Assembly (NCBI GenBank): GCA_037384885.1
Contig: JARRNO010000066.1
Coordinates: 1 to 37,624, forward strand
Origin: Acidobacteriota bacterium
GTDB lineage: Bacteria; Acidobacteriota; UBA4820; DSQY01
DNA: 37,624 nt
Direction of reading: 5' to 3'
In this document: one piece after another, positions 1 through 9,302 of the stretch
How the letters are laid out: each line of letters begins with the position of its first letter
How positions within the stretch are numbered: position 1 is the stretch's first letter
Position numbers and translations under genes: made by a program
The notes under the pieces: generated by a model
What the model was told of the DNA's origin: nothing
Seen by the model: only the letters and a program-made list of their open reading frames with translations
Databases searched by the model: none

Positions 1-136
1 GGCACACGCCACCGCGACTGCCGTTGGCGCTTTTCACAGGCGCAGACATCAAGCAAGCCGGCTCCGGTCCGCCGGCACGGGCGCCGAAGAATCACTTTCC
101 GGGCCTCAGAAGATCAGAGGGCCGGGGGCGCTTTGA

Positions 137-478
137 TCAGACGCCGCCCCGGTGCATCATGCCCTGCATGACTCCCGTGCCGCCGAGGAAAAAGAACCAA
201 AGCGTGAACAGGCAGCCCCACAAGATGGCGATGATGCCAAGGACGATTCCGGCCAAAGAAAACCCCTTGCCCTTTTCAGAAGCCTGGCCGCGCTTGATTT
301 TGTTGAATTCCATGATTCCGATAATGAGTGCGGGGATGCCGGCAAGCCAGCCGCAGCAGAAAATGCCGACAATGCCCAGCACCAGAGCCGTGATGGCCAT
401 GCCGCTGGCTTTGTCCTGCACGCCCGGCGCGGACGGGGGCGGAGTTGCTGTCGTGGTAGGGGGAGGTACATCGCTCAT
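137..478 (-). CDS. small DUF4190-like integral membrane protein (113 aa)
   Basis: ORF 137..691 trimmed to the ATG at 476-478, which is preceded by AAGGAGG (rc of 485-491). The product starts MSDVPPPTTTATPPP, followed by two long hydrophobic helices (ITALVLGIVGIFCCGWLAGIPALIIGI and GFSLAGIVLGIIAILWGCLFTLWFFF). Confidence 0.55.
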   Translation of the reverse strand: MSDVPPPTTTATPPPSAPGVQDKASGMAITALVLGIVGIFCCGWLAGIPALIIGIMEFNKIKRGQASEKGKGFSLAGIVLGIIAILWGCLFTLWFFFLGGTGVMQGMMHRGGV

Positions 479-715
479 TCCATTCCTCCTTTTAAGGTTT
501 CCGTGCTTTCGGTGCTCTTCCTGGAAATTTACACCCTGCCGCCGGAAGGGGGCGCCCACAAGCTCCGGCAGGCGTCCCGTGTCCCCGTATCCCCCTCCCA
601 GAGACCTATCGGATGAAACACATGAAATATATACCACGAGGAGAGCGGGAAAGCCAGCCCGAACCCGGCCGGAAACACGCGAAGGGAACACTCGGCCTCC
701 CGCCTTTTGCGGCGG

Positions 716-1077
716 TCAGCTTAGAAGACGCCAGATCCAGAATGTCAGGATGATCGTGATGAGCGTCACACAGACCGGGAGAAAGATTTTGAGCTCGAGG
801 TAGTGCCAGAAGGGCCGGCGCTTGAGCCACGCCACGGGGGCGTACAGCCAGGCGGCCAGACAGGCCAGAAATACTAAAATCCGCAGGGGGGAAGTCCCAG
901 TTCCGTGTGAGTTCCCAGGCCGGCTGGATCGGGAACGAGGTGATGTGCGAGGAGCATGACGGCGAGAAAGCCCAGCCACGCGCCGGCGTACCAGACGTGG
1001 TCCAGGAGCTTCCAGCCGGCGCTTTTCTCAACGGAAGGGATTGCTTCGGCGCGGGCTACGGCCCGTAACCCGCCCAT
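716..1077 (-). pseudogene. small 3-TM membrane protein gene, frameshifted at a G6/C6 homopolymer
   Basis: The ATG at 1075-1077 overlaps the cheC stop (TGATG). This frame gives 67 aa (WKLLDHVWYAGAWLGFLAVMLLAHH...) ending at TAG 874. The hydrophobic continuation LRILVFLACLAAWLYAPVAWLKRRPFWHYLELKIFLPVCVTLITIILTFWIWRLLS lies in another frame down to 716 and has no canonical start of its own. One extra base in the G run 886-891 would fuse the two into a protein of about 121 aa. Confidence 0.4.
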
Positions 1078-1709
1078 CAGGCCCCTCCCGGCCCGCCGTC
1101 GGAAATCGCGGCCCGGATCCCCTGGAGCATGGTGTCGATAGAGCCCGGGTCCGGGAGGAGAAACAGGTGGCCCTGAAAGCGCCCGTCACGGGACCTGAAT
1201 TCCGTCTGGATCACGAGCGCTTCGTTGCTGACCTCGGCGAGTTCGATGAGCAGGAGATCCACAACGGCCTGGGCCATGTCCATGGAGAAGGCCGGAATGC
1301 TGGGGATGAGGGAAATGTTCAGGATCCCGCTCACCGCGGAGAGATAGGCGGATCCGATAATGTTTCCCACTTCTTTCAGCGCGCTGATCTCCATCTCGCC
1401 CAGGGCCCGGCGTCCCTCCTTGCCGTTGAAGAGGATCTGGATGAGGTGGTCCGCCGCCTTGCGGGGCATGACGGCCAGCATGTTCCCCCGGGAGTCGCCG
1501 AAGACGCGGATAAAGAGTCCCAAGACTTCTTCCTCGGGACCGCCCAAGGCATCCGAAACCTTGGAGAATGGGACAAGTCTGACCTGGGGGACTTCCAGCA
1601 TAATGGTGCGCTGGGTCATCTGGTGGAGGGCTGTCACGGCGTGTCCGGCCCCCACGTTGCTGACTTCCTTAAGAGCGTCCAGCTCGTTTTCAGACAGTTT
1701 CGAGAACAT
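1077..1709 (-). CDS. cheC: chemotaxis phosphatase CheC
   Basis: 210 aa. Two CheC-type E-x2-N motifs are present (LKEVSNVGAGHA and LKEVGNIIGSAY). ATG at 1709 is preceded by GAGGAGG, and the gene overlaps the cheA 3' end by 20 nt. Confidence 0.8.
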   Translation of the reverse strand: MFSKLSENELDALKEVSNVGAGHAVTALHQMTQRTIMLEVPQVRLVPFSKVSDALGGPEEEVLGLFIRVFGDSRGNMLAVMPRKAADHLIQILFNGKEGRRALGEMEISALKEVGNIIGSAYLSAVSGILNISLIPSIPAFSMDMAQAVVDLLLIELAEVSNEALVIQTEFRSRDGRFQGHLFLLPDPGSIDTMLQGIRAAISDGGPGGA

Positions 1710-3615
1710 TTTCCTCCTCGGCCGGATCTATCCGCAACAGGGCGCGGCTGTCCATGATGTATGAGATTTCCCCGGTAGAGAGCAGCGCGCCTCCGATCCA
1801 GTACGGAACCATGTCGAGCGGAGCGCCCCAAGGCAGGATCACGACTCGCTCGCTTTGAAAGACACGCGACACGAGCAGAGCGCGTTCTCCGGACGGGGTG
1901 TCCAGGGAGAGAGCGAACCCCTCGCGCCCCACCGGCCTGGGCCGGAAACCGAGAACCGGAATCAACCCGTTATCGTGCTGGATACAGAGCCGGGGGCCCA
2001 CGCGCACCAGCGGGTGAGCGGCCAAGGCGTAGATTCGCCGCACCTGTGAGGTGGGCAGGCCGTAACGGGTCCAGCGGTCCCAGCCGAAGACGAGAATACT
2101 TGTGAGCGTGACAGCGCTGGGAACCACCAGAGTGAAGAGGGTCCCCTGCCCCTGCACGCTGTCCATTTCGAGGTAGCCGCCCAGTGCTTCCACAGCGGCG
2201 CGCACCACGTCGAGCCCCACGCCCCGGCCGCTGATGTCGGTGACTTCCCGGCGCGTAGAGAAGGCCGGAAGCGTGATCAGTTCCAGGATCTTGGCCCGGG
2301 GAAGCTTCTTGGACTGGGCGTCGGTCAAGAGTTCCCGTTTGACGGCCGCCTCCCGGATGGCGTTCTCATCAAGACCCCTGCCGTCGTCTCCAATCGAGAC
2401 GAGCAGCGCCTCGCCTTCCCGCTGCACGGTCAAAGCAATCGTCCCCTCCTCGGGTTTTCCGGCGGACTTCCGGGCGGAGGGGGACTCGATGCCGTGATCG
2501 GCCGCGTTTCGGATGAGGTGCGTCAGAGGATCGAGAAGGCGTTCCAGAAGCGTCCGGTCCAGCCTCTGGTCCGCGCCGGTCATTTCGAACTTCAACGGTT
2601 TTCCCGTTCGGGAAGACAGCTCTCGAACGGTCCGCGCCAGTCGCTGGCCGAGAATGTCGAAAGGCAGCAGCCGGATGGAAAGAATATGGTCGAAATGCCG
2701 GTTAAGCAAGGCCCTGTGGCGTTCGAGCCAGAAATGATGTTCTTGTTGTTCCGCCGGGGACAGTTCGGCCTCGAGGCGGTTGAGATGGTACAGAAGTTCC
2801 GAGCTTCCTGCGAGCAGATCATCGAGCGCGGCGGCGCGGATCCGGACGGATTGAACCACGCCCGGCTTTTCCGGCGCCGGAGAAGGGGCCCCGGGCATTT
2901 CCAGTTCGGTTTCCTCGACTTCAGGAAGTTCGCGCAGCGCCCTGGCCGCTTCTTTGATCCCCGGCCCGGCCGGAACGCGGAAAACGACGCTGCGGAGGGC
3001 CCGTTGCTGAACCTCCGCCAGGGAAGGGGCCATGGGACACGGGCCGAATTCTGCTTCGAGGTGCTGGGCCACGACGAGAAGCCTGGCGGCGGGAAGTGGT
3101 GAGCCGGGCTCGATGGTGACGGTCAGCTTTGCGGTCTCTTTGTCTGGCTCTTGAGATGCGTCCGATGGTTCCGTTGCGGCTGGAGGCGTTTCACCGGTCC
3201 CGGGCGCCGGCCCGGCCGGTTTTTCGGCCGAGGCCTCTTCGGGCAGGGCGGCCTCGAGCTGTATGATCACTTCATCCACCCGCGATGAAAGACCTTCGTC
3301 CTTCATCTCGGCCTGAACCACGTCCATAAGATCGTCCAGCATATCCACCGCCCGGAGAGAGGCCTCGATTGCGGGGGGAGCCGGATCGGCCCCGTCACGC
3401 CACACCCCCAGGATGGTTTCAAGGCTGTGGGCAAGCCTGGACGTCGCCTCGAAGTTCATGGAAGCCGCCATCCCCTTCAGCGAATGGGCGTGGCGGAACA
3501 ATTCGCGCACCTCTTCTGCGCCGGGGGCCGAACCGCCTTCCAGCGCCTCTCGGAGCGCGGCCACATGCTCGCGCCCGTCGCTCAGGTACATTTCAAGGTA
3601 CTTCTGAAGATCCAC
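1690..3615 (-). CDS. cheA: chemotaxis histidine kinase CheA
   Basis: 641 aa. Hpt motif HSLKGMAASM, N-box HLIRNAADHGIE, G-box GRGVGLDVV, and a C-terminal CheW-like domain. GTG start at 3615 follows AGGAGAGG. Confidence 0.93.
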   Translation of the reverse strand: MDLQKYLEMYLSDGREHVAALREALEGGSAPGAEEVRELFRHAHSLKGMAASMNFEATSRLAHSLETILGVWRDGADPAPPAIEASLRAVDMLDDLMDVVQAEMKDEGLSSRVDEVIIQLEAALPEEASAEKPAGPAPGTGETPPAATEPSDASQEPDKETAKLTVTIEPGSPLPAARLLVVAQHLEAEFGPCPMAPSLAEVQQRALRSVVFRVPAGPGIKEAARALRELPEVEETELEMPGAPSPAPEKPGVVQSVRIRAAALDDLLAGSSELLYHLNRLEAELSPAEQQEHHFWLERHRALLNRHFDHILSIRLLPFDILGQRLARTVRELSSRTGKPLKFEMTGADQRLDRTLLERLLDPLTHLIRNAADHGIESPSARKSAGKPEEGTIALTVQREGEALLVSIGDDGRGLDENAIREAAVKRELLTDAQSKKLPRAKILELITLPAFSTRREVTDISGRGVGLDVVRAAVEALGGYLEMDSVQGQGTLFTLVVPSAVTLTSILVFGWDRWTRYGLPTSQVRRIYALAAHPLVRVGPRLCIQHDNGLIPVLGFRPRPVGREGFALSLDTPSGERALLVSRVFQSERVVILPWGAPLDMVPYWIGGALLSTGEISYIMDSRALLRIDPAEEENVLETV

Positions 3616-3680
3616 GGCCTCTCCTGCCCTGCTTCAGGCGTCAAGTACCGGGCGGCCTCGACAGATCCCGGAGGGTCCCG

Positions 3681-4049
3681 TCAGGACTCCATGACGGCAT
3701 TCAGGACCTTAAGGACCTTTTCGGCGGAAAAGGGCTTGACGATAAAGTCCTTGGCCCCGGCGGCGATGGATTCGATCACGAGCGCTTCCTGGCCGATCGC
3801 CGAACACATGACGACGCGCGCGCCGTCGTGTGCCTTCAGGATTTCCCGGCAGGCTTCGATGCCGTCCATCTGGGGCATGACAATATCCATGGTGACAAGG
3901 TCGGGCGTCAGCGTTTTGAATTTCTCCACCGCTTCCTGCCCGTTCGCCGCTTCGCCCACCACTTCAAACTGTCCCGAGTTGGTGAGAATGTCCCTGATCA
4001 TGGCGCGCATGAACATGGCGTCGTCAACGATGAGAACCTTGAACGGCAT
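3681..4049 (-). CDS. cheY: chemotaxis response regulator CheY
   Basis: 122-aa single receiver domain: MPFKVLIVDDAMFMR..., phospho-acceptor context LVTMDIVMPQMDG, and KDFIVKPF. GGGGAGG lies upstream of the ATG. Confidence 0.93.
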   Translation of the reverse strand: MPFKVLIVDDAMFMRAMIRDILTNSGQFEVVGEAANGQEAVEKFKTLTPDLVTMDIVMPQMDGIEACREILKAHDGARVVMCSAIGQEALVIESIAAGAKDFIVKPFSAEKVLKVLNAVMES

Positions 4050-4491
4050 CGTTCCTCCCCGTATGGTGATGGCGGAGCACTTCGGCCATGGCTCGGCCCA
4101 GGACGGCCGGAATTTCGGAACAACGGATCACCGAAATCCATTCGTCATCCTTTGGAAAGAGTCCGGCCCACAGGCCGGATTCCTGCGTGTCCTGTAAATC
4201 CAAGTCGTTGTAGCTGATTGCGGCTTCCATCATGTCCACAGTCACTGTTAGATGGTCGAACGGCGGTCTGAGCCTCAAAAGAAGCGGCGTCCCACTGTGC
4301 TTCTCGGCCTTCAGAAGTGTGGCGCCGTCCACCACGGTCAGGAGCTTTCCCCGGTGGAAGACGGTCCCGAGCAGGTTCGGGTAATTCTCCGGAAGGCGGA
4401 AAATCGGCGTGGGCGGAAGCACTTCGGAGACGTCTTCGCCCGTCCAACCTACCAACCGGTTTCCAATTCGGGAGATCAAGAGCTTCTTCAC
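4024..4491 (-). CDS. cheW: CheW-like coupling protein
   Basis: 155 aa with a CheW fold pattern (LVGWTGEDVSEVLPPTPIFRLPENYPNLLGTVFHRGKLLTVVD). GTG start at 4491 follows GGAG. The 3' end overlaps the cheY start by 26 nt. Confidence 0.75.
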   Translation of the reverse strand: MKKLLISRIGNRLVGWTGEDVSEVLPPTPIFRLPENYPNLLGTVFHRGKLLTVVDGATLLKAEKHSGTPLLLRLRPPFDHLTVTVDMMEAAISYNDLDLQDTQESGLWAGLFPKDDEWISVIRCSEIPAVLGRAMAEVLRHHHTGRNDAVQGSHR

Positions 4492-4512
4492 GGCTGCTCC
4501 ACTCCGCTCATA

Positions 4513-5751
4513 CTACACCTTGAATCCTGAAACCAGTTGGCGGAGCGAATCCGCTCTCGCCAAAAGCGATCTGGTTTCGCGGTTGATTTCCTCGATGCTT
4601 GCTGTAATCTCTTCAGCCGCCGCCGAGACTTCCTCGCTTCCCGCGGCGTTGTCGGTTGCGATTTCCTGGATTTCTTCCATCTCCCGCATGAGGGCCGAGG
4701 CGGCTTCAGCCTGGAGAGACGCCTCCCGGGTGATGATCTTCACCGCTTCGCGGGTGTCCTTAACGCGGCCCGTAATGACAGAGAGCGCCTGGGTGACGGA
4801 AGAGACCTTCTCGCGTCCGTTTCTTGCCGCGTTCCGGGTCATTTCCATGCGCTCCACCACGTCCTGGGACCCTCCGGTGATGTCCTGGGCGAGCTTGGCG
4901 ATTTTGGCGGCCAGGTCCCGTGTGTTTTCTGCGAGGCGCCTCACTTCCTCCGCGACCACTTCGAACCCGCGGCCGGCTTCGCCTGCGCGCGCGGCCTCGA
5001 TGGTGGCGTTGAGGGCCAGGATGTGGGTCTGGTGGCTCACGGCCGTAATGCTTTCCACGAGGGTGTGAATCTGGGTGGCGTGTTCTTTAAAGGATTGTGC
5101 GTGGGAGGCCGTTTCTTCAACAAGACCCAGGATCGCCTCCATCGTTGCGGCGGCCTCTCCCGCCGCTTCCACACCGCCCTTCGCCTCCTTTTCCGACTGG
5201 ACCGCCTGCTGTTCCGTCTGCTCCACCTGGCTGACCACAGAGGCTGCGGAGGAAGAGACCTGGCGGCTGAGGTCCGTGGATTTCTCCACATTGGCCGCCT
5301 GATTTTCGGCGCCCTTGGCGGAATTCTGCATGTTCACCGCCACTTCACTGGTCGCCGTCGTGACTTCAGAGGTGGACACGCTGAGATTCTGCAGCGTTTC
5401 GAAGGTATGATCGGTCGTCTCCTTGACCTGCTGGATTATTTCGCGGAGGTTTCGCACCATGGACCGGAAGGTGTCGGCGAGTTGGCCCACTTCGTCGTCC
5501 CCCCTGACCGTGACTTCCTGGGAAAGATCGCCCTCGGCCATTTTGGCGGACACCCTGGCGAGCTGGCTCATGTTTCGGGTGAACATGCCCGCGACCACCA
5601 GGGCGAACACACCTGCCACCAAAAGACCGATAAAGATTTTAAGCCACATGTTCTGGAAGGTGTTGGCGGGAGAAAAGGAATCGAGCAGGATGCTCAGCAC
5701 CAGCGGAATGAAAACAGCCAGGATGAAAGCGAGACCCAGCTTCAATTTCAT
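4513..5751 (-). CDS. methyl-accepting chemotaxis protein with two TM helices, a very short loop, HAMP and a signalling domain
   Basis: HAMP domain after TM2 and a conserved signalling hairpin ([37 protein letters not shown]). The ATG at 5749-5751 overlaps the cheR stop (TGATG). The track start at 5754 is an upstream TTG. Confidence 0.9.
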   Translation of the reverse strand: MKLKLGLAFILAVFIPLVLSILLDSFSPANTFQNMWLKIFIGLLVAGVFALVVAGMFTRNMSQLARVSAKMAEGDLSQEVTVRGDDEVGQLADTFRSMVRNLREIIQQVKETTDHTFETLQNLSVSTSEVTTATSEVAVNMQNSAKGAENQAANVEKSTDLSRQVSSSAASVVSQVEQTEQQAVQSEKEAKGGVEAAGEAAATMEAILGLVEETASHAQSFKEHATQIHTLVESITAVSHQTHILALNATIEAARAGEAGRGFEVVAEEVRRLAENTRDLAAKIAKLAQDITGGSQDVVERMEMTRNAARNGREKVSSVTQALSVITGRVKDTREAVKIITREASLQAEAASALMREMEEIQEIATDNAAGSEEVSAAAEEITASIEEINRETRSLLARADSLRQLVSGFKV

Positions 5752-6545
5752 CAACGTCCCCCTATCTTTCCATAAATCCGGCAGTCACGGTCCACGACCT
5801 CCCATTCCGGACGGGAGCCCCTGATCCGTTCGACGCGTCCGAGAACCAGCAGGCCGCCTACCACGAGAATCTCCGACATAGTCTTGATGATTCTCTCCTG
5901 CGCCTCTTCTGTCAAGTATACAAAAACATTGCGCAAAAAAACCGAATGCACCGCTTTACACGGTATTCCCCATCCCAGGTCGCAGCAGAGGGGATGAACG
6001 CGGCTGAAAACGGACGGCCCGGGAGCGGCCCTGCTGCCTGCTATTTTAAAGTATCCTTTCCAGTCGGCCCTGTCCACCCTTTGAAGGGCCTTGGCGGGGA
6101 CCGATCCTTCGCGGAGACCGGCCAGTGCGGGCTTGTAGCGGTCGGCGGCCAGCACCAGCCCAGGCAGTCCGGCTTCCTCCAGAAGGACGGCCAGGCTCAG
6201 TGCTTCCTCTCCCGTGGCGCAGGCGGCGCTGAGAATGACCGGGCGGTTCCAACGGAAGCGCGCGATCCTTTGACTGAAATGGTTCTGGAAGGACTCGAAG
6301 ACTTCCCCGTTTCGGAAGCATTCGGTGGTGCCCACAAAGAAACGGCGAAGGAAGCCTTCGCGTTCCCGGGGATGTGTATCGAGGTGGGAAAGGCAGGCCG
6401 CGGCGTCCGGCCATCCCTGGACCTGAAGGTAAGGCCTCAGGCGCCGCCCGAGAAATTCGGACCGGTAATCCTCCGCGCGCAATCCAAGATTTCGTTTTAA
6501 CCAGCGGCGCAGAAGACCGATGTCCGACGCTGCGACGTCGCTCAC
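5751..6545 (-). CDS. cheR: chemotaxis protein methyltransferase CheR
   Basis: CheR-type SAM methyltransferase pattern ([47 protein letters not shown]). Trimmed to the GTG at 6545, which is preceded by GGGAGG and overlaps the amidohydrolase stop (GTGA). Confidence 0.8.
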   Translation of the reverse strand: MSDVAASDIGLLRRWLKRNLGLRAEDYRSEFLGRRLRPYLQVQGWPDAAACLSHLDTHPREREGFLRRFFVGTTECFRNGEVFESFQNHFSQRIARFRWNRPVILSAACATGEEALSLAVLLEEAGLPGLVLAADRYKPALAGLREGSVPAKALQRVDRADWKGYFKIAGSRAAPGPSVFSRVHPLCCDLGWGIPCKAVHSVFLRNVFVYLTEEAQERIIKTMSEILVVGGLLVLGRVERIRGSRPEWEVVDRDCRIYGKIGGR

Positions 6546-7969
6546 GCGGTTGACCCTCCCGCCGTGCAGGAAATCAGCGTCCAGTCCAGTGCCCGTTCTG
6601 GATGAAGGAGGTCGTCTGGGTGGGCGCCGGCGGCCAACGTGGAGGCGCCGGGAGGAATCATGTCCGAAGGGGGCGCCGCGGCTTGGAACGCCTGGTCCCA
6701 CGAAAGAGCCTCTCCGTGATCGGCGGTAAGGGCCGCCGAGAGCGTACGGCGCGGATCCGGCTCTTCAATGGGGAAGTCGGTGCCGAGAAGCAAGGGGATG
6801 CCCGCTTCCCGGAAGGACCCGAGCCGGTAGGCCCATTGGATTCTTTCACCCAGCCTTGACGGGGCCCACGGCATGTCCGACAGCCGGTGCGTGGGCTGCA
6901 CAGAGGCGGTGACGCCGAGATGCGCCATGCGCTGAAGATCTGCGAGGCGGACGATTTGCGCATGTTCTACGCGAAGTGACGGACGCTTCCGGGCCGCCTC
7001 CAGGCCGTCCAGGAGGCGTGTAACCGCCAGGTCGCCGATGGCGTGCACGGCGGCTCCGCTTCCCAGATCGGCGGCCAGCTCCAGTTTCCGGCATATGCTT
7101 TCCGCCGTTTCGCTCATCACACCGCGGTTGCCCGGATCGTCGCTGTAATCTTCTGACAGCGAGGCGCCTCGGCTCCCGAGAGCTCCGTCCATGAAAAACT
7201 TGAAGCCCCGCACCTTGAAGCCGCCGGCCAGTTCCCGCTTGGGAAGTGTGGGGCATGAGCCGGGATCTTCGTGGAGGTATCCGTCCAGCGCCGCCGGCAA
7301 AAGGTCTTCTTGGTCCAGCCGCTCGTAAAGGGGCAGGTGGGCCGACTGGAGGCCCATGTCGGTTACGCCCCAGAGTCCTCTGGCACGAAGGGCCTGCAGA
7401 GCCAGCAGGATCCGGTGGGTCAAGACTTCCCGGTCCGGATCCGGGACTGCCGCGGCGACGCGTTCCGCCGCACTTTCCATGAGAACGCCCGTCGGAATGC
7501 CGCCCTCCCTGATAATCCGCCCGCCCGCGGGGTCGGGAGTCTCCTTCGTCATCCCTGCCAATTCGAGCGCTTTGCTGTTCACCCATGCCGCGTGTCCGTC
7601 GATCCGCCAGAAAAGCGCGGGATGACCTTTCGTGACCGTGTCCAAATCCCGGGCGCGGGGGAAAGCTCCGCCCCAGAGATTCTGGTCCCAGCCAAAGCCT
7701 TGAAGCCAATCACCGTCGGAGATTCCGAAGGTGGCGGCGCCGGCGCGCGCCAACGCCTTGCTCAGCGAGGGGCAGCCCCGCAAGTTGACCTGCTCCAGGG
7801 CCGCGCCGAATGCGAGGACATGCCCGTGGTGATCCCAGAGGGGCGGAAAGAGCATGAACGAATCGAAGCCGGAGAGATCCTCGCGTCGGGCTGTGAACCG
7901 GGCACACCAAGACTCCGGCGGGAGTTGTCCGGCCTTTTGTCCACCGGTCCATTTCCAGAAGAGCGCCAT
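6542..7969 (-). CDS. metal-dependent amidohydrolase (Amidohydro_3 / YtcJ-like)
   Basis: 475 aa. An HxH-type motif sits near the N-terminus (LWDHHGHV). Also IDGHAAWVNSKALELAG, FKFFMDGALGSRGA, AVHAIGD, and the C-terminal LLLGTDFP. ATG at 7969 follows GGAGG. Confidence 0.75.
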   Translation of the reverse strand: MALFWKWTGGQKAGQLPPESWCARFTARREDLSGFDSFMLFPPLWDHHGHVLAFGAALEQVNLRGCPSLSKALARAGAATFGISDGDWLQGFGWDQNLWGGAFPRARDLDTVTKGHPALFWRIDGHAAWVNSKALELAGMTKETPDPAGGRIIREGGIPTGVLMESAAERVAAAVPDPDREVLTHRILLALQALRARGLWGVTDMGLQSAHLPLYERLDQEDLLPAALDGYLHEDPGSCPTLPKRELAGGFKVRGFKFFMDGALGSRGASLSEDYSDDPGNRGVMSETAESICRKLELAADLGSGAAVHAIGDLAVTRLLDGLEAARKRPSLRVEHAQIVRLADLQRMAHLGVTASVQPTHRLSDMPWAPSRLGERIQWAYRLGSFREAGIPLLLGTDFPIEEPDPRRTLSAALTADHGEALSWDQAFQAAAPPSDMIPPGASTLAAGAHPDDLLHPERALDWTLISCTAGGSTA

Positions 7970-7991
7970 CTCGCCTCCGCTGCCGCGGCTG

Positions 7992-9302
7992 TCAGCTCCC
8001 GAGACTGTCGAGCGCTTCCTCCAGGTCGGCCATGATGTCGTCCGGTGCCTCGAGCCCCACGCTGATGCGGATGCCGCCTGGATCGATCCCGGCCTGAAGC
8101 TGGTCTTCGATGGGGATGGGGGCGTGGGTCATGGAGGAAGGATGCTCCACCAGGGTCCTCACCTGCCCCAGCGAGACGGCCAGCGTGGCGCACAGTGCGT
8201 GCTGGGCGAGGTGGTCCATCATGCGCGCGCCGGCGGCGCGTGCTTCTTCAGGATCCCCTTTCAGGACGAAATAGATCATGAACCCCGGGGCAAAGTTGCC
8301 TTCCACGTCTACCATCTGCCTCTGTGCCAGAACGTGCTGGGGATGGCTGGGCAAGCCGGGGAACCGGACCTTGGCGACGGCGGGGTGCCCTTCGAGAAAC
8401 CGGGCGACCTTGAAGGCCGTCTCAATCTGCCGGCGCGACCGGAGCGAAAGTGTGGGAAGGCCGTAAACGAGAGGCGGCCAGGCGGATTTTGGGCTCAGCG
8501 GAGCACCGAAATCCTTCCTGAAGAGAAGCACATCGGGTTCCAGCAGCGAGGGCCCGGCCCAGACGCCGCCCATGTCCGTGCCGAAGCCTCCGATGTTCTT
8601 GGTCAGCGAATGGCAGACCGCGTCCGCGCCCAGGGTGAGAGGCCGTTGGGAAAAAGGGGTGGCGAACGTGTTGTCCACCACGATGTAGATTTTGCGCCGG
8701 GCGCCCCGCTTTTCGTTGACGCGGTCGACAACGGCCCGGACGGCGGCAATATCTACCAATTCAAGGGTGGGGTTGGTGGGCGTCTCGAAGTAAACAGCCA
8801 TGACCTCGGGTGTCAGCAGTTCCTCCAGGGCGTCGGTGTCTTTGAGATCGGCCAGCTTGACGTTGATGCCGAGGCGAGGGTACCAGTTCTTGAACAGCGA
8901 AAAGGTGCAGCCGTAAAGGGTCTGGTGCGATACCACAGAATCGCCCGCTTTGAGCAGCACGCCCAGGCTGGCGCTGATGGCGGCCATGCCCGTTGCGAAA
9001 CACACGGCGCACTCGCCTTCCTCCGCTGCTGCGATGTTGTCTTCCAACATGGAGCGCGACGGTTCGTCCAGGCGGTCGTAAATGTAAATGGGGGGCTGAA
9101 CGTGCCGGTTGAATTCGGGATTGGCGAACTCCGTGAAGCCTTTGGCGCCCCGGGCGACGCTTTCGAGGCGGTAGGCCGCCGAGGCGGAGATCGGCGGGAC
9201 GATGTGGTCGGAGTAATTCCAGTGAGGAGAATGGAAGTCGCCGTGAATGAGGCGTGTTTCCATCTGGTAGCGTCGTTTTTTCTTGTCTTTGTCCTTGTCC
9301 AT
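7992..9302 (-). CDS. Cys/Met-metabolism PLP-dependent enzyme (methionine gamma-lyase / O-acyl-homoserine sulfhydrylase family)
   Basis: TRLIHG N-terminus, YDRLDEPS, YFETPTNPTLELVDI, the PLP-lysine context HSLTKNIGG, and C-terminal IRISVGLE. Start set to the ATG at 9300-9302 (MDKDKDKKK...). The track start at 9317 is a GTG inside the GGAGGG ribosome-binding site. Confidence 0.85.
   Translation of the reverse strand: MDKDKDKKKRRYQMETRLIHGDFHSPHWNYSDHIVPPISASAAYRLESVARGAKGFTEFANPEFNRHVQPPIYIYDRLDEPSRSMLEDNIAAAEEGECAVCFATGMAAISASLGVLLKAGDSVVSHQTLYGCTFSLFKNWYPRLGINVKLADLKDTDALEELLTPEVMAVYFETPTNPTLELVDIAAVRAVVDRVNEKRGARRKIYIVVDNTFATPFSQRPLTLGADAVCHSLTKNIGGFGTDMGGVWAGPSLLEPDVLLFRKDFGAPLSPKSAWPPLVYGLPTLSLRSRRQIETAFKVARFLEGHPAVAKVRFPGLPSHPQHVLAQRQMVDVEGNFAPGFMIYFVLKGDPEEARAAGARMMDHLAQHALCATLAVSLGQVRTLVEHPSSMTHAPIPIEDQLQAGIDPGGIRISVGLEAPDDIMADLEEALDSLGS

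Noticed and set aside
24-803. 259-aa plus-strand ORF (TTG start) covering the DUF4190 locus
   Set aside because: It has Pro/Arg-rich composition, a non-ATG start and no RBS. It overlaps a minus-strand gene that has a strong RBS and clear TM helices.
4537-5775. 412-aa plus-strand ORF antisense to the MCP gene
   Set aside because: It is a shadow ORF typical of high-GC DNA. The translation is Arg/Gly/Leu/His-rich with no motif, whereas the opposite strand encodes a clear HAMP and MCP signalling domain.
6846-7709. 287-aa alternative-frame ORF inside the amidohydrolase gene
   Set aside because: The translation is Arg/Gly/Pro-rich junk. The annotated frame carries the amidohydrolase metal-ligand motifs.
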